64,000 bases of DNA from an uncultured delta proteobacterium (GTDB lineage: Bacteria; Desulfobacterota; BSN033; UBA1163). Of the stretch, positions 61,759-64,000 are shown in pieces (the stretch's first letter is position 1; each line of letters opens with the position of its first letter). The notes below the pieces were generated by a model. It saw only the letters and a list, made by a program, of their open reading frames with translations, searched no databases and was not told the origin of the DNA. The translations under genes were made by a program, and so were the position numbers. The stretch spans positions 96,001 to 160,000 of the forward strand of contig CAVPSJ010000017.1 of assembly GCA_963708295.1 (NCBI GenBank), read 5' to 3'.

Positions 61759-63641
61759 GCGCTCGCTACGGGCAATTCAAGTATCTTTTTCAGATCCGTC
61801 TCTTCAACCACTTCTTTCTCAAGCAGGAGGCGGGCGAGCTCTCCCAGTTTTTCCTTCTTGGCCGCCAGTATTCCTTTCACTCTTAAATACGTATCATCGA
61901 CAATCTTCTTCACTTCTTCGTCAATCTGTTTTGCGGTGTCCTCACTGTACTCTCTCGTGGGGAGCAGGGAGGAAGGAAGGAAAAGGGGCTTCTTTTCTTT
62001 TTCGAAGGTGACATAGCCCAATTTTTCGCTCATGCCAAATTCCTTGACCATGCTGGTGGCGATGTCGGTCGACCTCTGAAGGTCATTATGAGCCCCGGTG
62101 GAGATCTCTCCAAAAACGATTTCCTCGGCCACCCTCCCACCGAGCAAAACCGCCAATCGGTCGAGAAGTTCCGTCTTGGTCATTAAATAACGGTCCTCCG
62201 TGGGCAACTGGAGCGTATAGCCCAATGCGGAGATTCCTCTTGGGATGATCGAGATTCGACGAACCGGATCTGCGTTTGGCAAGAGGGAAGCGACAATGGC
62301 ATGACCGGATTCGTGAAAGGCAACGATCTCTTTTTCCTTCTTCGACATCAGCCTGTTTTTTTTCTCCAATCCTGCCACCACCCGGTCAATGGCTTCTTCA
62401 ATATCAGCCATTTCTACGGATTCTTTATTTTTCCGGGCGGCCAGAAGGGCCGCCTCGTTCACAATATTGGCCAGATCTGCACCCACGAATCCGGGAGTTC
62501 TTGAAGCGATCACCTTCAGGTCGACGTCCGGAGACAATTTGACATTCTGAGCATGGATCTTCAAAATCTCCTCTCGGCCGATGATATCAGGTCGGTCCAC
62601 CACCACATGGCGATCGAATCTCCCGGGTCTGAGAAGCGCGGGATCCAAAATCTCAGGCCGGTTCGTGGCCGCCATGATGATTACCCCCGTATTGGCCTCA
62701 AAACCGTCCATCTCCGCCAAGAGTTGATTGAGGGTTTGTTCTTGCTCGTCGTGTCGCCCCATGGGATTGACGCCGCGGGCTTTTCCCAGGGCGTCCAGCT
62801 CGTCAATAAAGATGATGCAGGGAGCGTGGTTTTGGGCCTGGGCGAAGAGATCTCTGACTCTCGCCGCTCCAACGCCGACAAACATCTCCACAAAATCCGA
62901 ACCACTGATCGAGAAAAAGGGAACGTTGGCCTCTCCCGCTACCGCCCTGGCAAGGAGAGTCTTTCCCGTTCCGGGCATTCCCACCAAGAGGACTCCCTTC
63001 GGGATCTTTCCGCCGAGACGCTGAAACTTCCCCGGGCTTTTAAGAAAATCCACCACTTCCTTCAATTCTTCCTTGGCCTCGTCGATTCCCGCCACGTCGA
63101 CGAAGGTGATCTTTTTCTCTTTTTCTGCATAAACTTTCGCACGGCTCTTTCCAAAAGACATGACACTCGTCTCCGGGCCCATCCGGGAGAAGAGGATTCT
63201 CCATAAGATAAAGAAAAAGACCAGCGGAATAATCCATGAAATAATATTCGTCAGCAATCTGCTTTCGACCTTTCCCTTATATTGCACATGGTGAGCCTCC
63301 AGTTCTTTAACCAGGTCCGGATCTTCTACTCGCACGGCCTGGAATCCTCGGACCCCCTTTTCGGTCTCCCTCTCACCGTTGATCGATTCCGGAGTAATGG
63401 TCAATTCCTTAATTTTACCCGTCCGTAAGGTTTCCTTAAATTCACTATACGGGATGACATCCTCGGTTTTCTTCGTCATCATATAATTCTGGATAAGCAG
63501 AATAATGAGAAAAGCGATGACGAAATACCAGATGGTAAAGTGGGTTCTTTTGAGAATGGGTTTCTTCCCGCCTCGATCTGAAGGTTCTTTGATTCCGAGA
63601 AGATCTCGCAGGCTAGAGGAAGGTTTTTGATCCTTCTTCAT
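61755..63641 (-). CDS. ftsH: ATP-dependent zinc metalloprotease FtsH
   Basis: Two TMs, [29 protein letters not shown]. Confidence 0.96.
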   Translation of the reverse strand: MKKDQKPSSSLRDLLGIKEPSDRGGKKPILKRTHFTIWYFVIAFLIILLIQNYMMTKKTEDVIPYSEFKETLRTGKIKELTITPESINGERETEKGVRGFQAVRVEDPDLVKELEAHHVQYKGKVESRLLTNIISWIIPLVFFFILWRILFSRMGPETSVMSFGKSRAKVYAEKEKKITFVDVAGIDEAKEELKEVVDFLKSPGKFQRLGGKIPKGVLLVGMPGTGKTLLARAVAGEANVPFFSISGSDFVEMFVGVGAARVRDLFAQAQNHAPCIIFIDELDALGKARGVNPMGRHDEQEQTLNQLLAEMDGFEANTGVIIMAATNRPEILDPALLRPGRFDRHVVVDRPDIIGREEILKIHAQNVKLSPDVDLKVIASRTPGFVGADLANIVNEAALLAARKNKESVEMADIEEAIDRVVAGLEKKNRLMSKKEKEIVAFHESGHAIVASLLPNADPVRRISIIPRGISALGYTLQLPTEDRYLMTKTELLDRLAVLLGGRVAEEIVFGEISTGAHNDLQRSTDIATSMVKEFGMSEKLGYVTFEKEKKPLFLPSSLLPTREYSEDTAKQIDEEVKKIVDDTYLRVKGILAAKKEKLGELARLLLEKEVVEETDLKKILELPVASA

Positions 63642-64000
63642 TTAGGCATCTCCATATACTCTCCGGAAGATCGCGTCGACGTGTTTCAGATGAGTTCGGG
63701 CATCGAAGAGAGCGTCCAGTTCCTTTGGGGTCATGAGGCGCTGGATGGCTTCGTCCTGGGAGAGAAGGGTCTTGAACTCTCCTCCCTTCTCCCATACCCT
63801 CATCGCATTCCTTTGAACCACTCCGTAAGCCTCTTCCCTTGACAGGCCTTTCTGGGTCAGATGAAGAAGAATCGACTCCGAAAAAATGAGGCCTCCCATC
63901 TTTTCCAGATTGGCTTTCATGTTCTCTGGATAGACGATGAGGTTCTCCACGAGGGAGGCGAGGCGGCTGAGCATGTAGTCGATTAAAATCGTGGCATCCG
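63642..64000 (-). CDS. purB: Adenylosuccinate lyase, C-terminal part (runs off the window)
   Basis: LIVYPENMKANL, GLIFSE, GLSREEAYGVVQ, HVDAIFRRV. Confidence 0.88.
   Translation of the reverse strand, partial: DATILIDYMLSRLASLVENLIVYPENMKANLEKMGGLIFSESILLHLTQKGLSREEAYGVVQRNAMRVWEKGGEFKTLLSQDEAIQRLMTPKELDALFDARTHLKHVDAIFRRVYGDA

Noticed and set aside
1-64000. tRNA/rRNA genes, prophage, integrase or intact transposase
   Set aside because: No cloverleaf or rRNA-like stretch and no ORF with such motifs was recognised

Overview
Bacterial chromosomal segment; gene content and order suggest a Gram-negative Desulfobacterota/'Deltaproteobacteria'-like genome, probably a long-read MAG because several genes carry single-base indels. 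1-17.2 kb is a core envelope cluster (lolD, bamA, skp, lpxD, fabZ, lpxA, gnnA-like, lpxB, msbA, DUF374/LpxJ-like, waaA, lpxK) followed by leuA-leuC-leuD. 17.5-29.6 kb is an uncharacterised nine-gene operon behind a sigma54-like promoter: two lipoproteins, a TolB-like propeller, a TPR protein and a complete Opp/Dpp ABC importer. 30-38.7 kb holds a GH57/DUF3536 gene and a tctBAC + mandelate racemase-family + tartrate dehydrogenase module. 38.8-47.3 kb is a scrambled accessory hotspot: three toxin-antitoxin pairs, gene fragments, a GC-rich URO-D-family methyltransferase, an AT-rich cassette of three similar small HTH genes upstream of a wHTH/nuclease-like gene (with a truncated paralog of that gene), and a ~345-bp duplication. 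47.4-64 kb is housekeeping (pgi, glk, tag, hbd, acyl-CoA dehydrogenase, prs-like, GNAT, mltD-like, rhodanese, glgA, DUF502, ftsH, purB). Intergenic DNA is rich in REP-like palindromes and 7-8-bp-periodic hairpins, and includes an IS481-type MITE. No rRNA, tRNA or CRISPR array was recognised. All calls are by-eye motif recognition; no database search was run.
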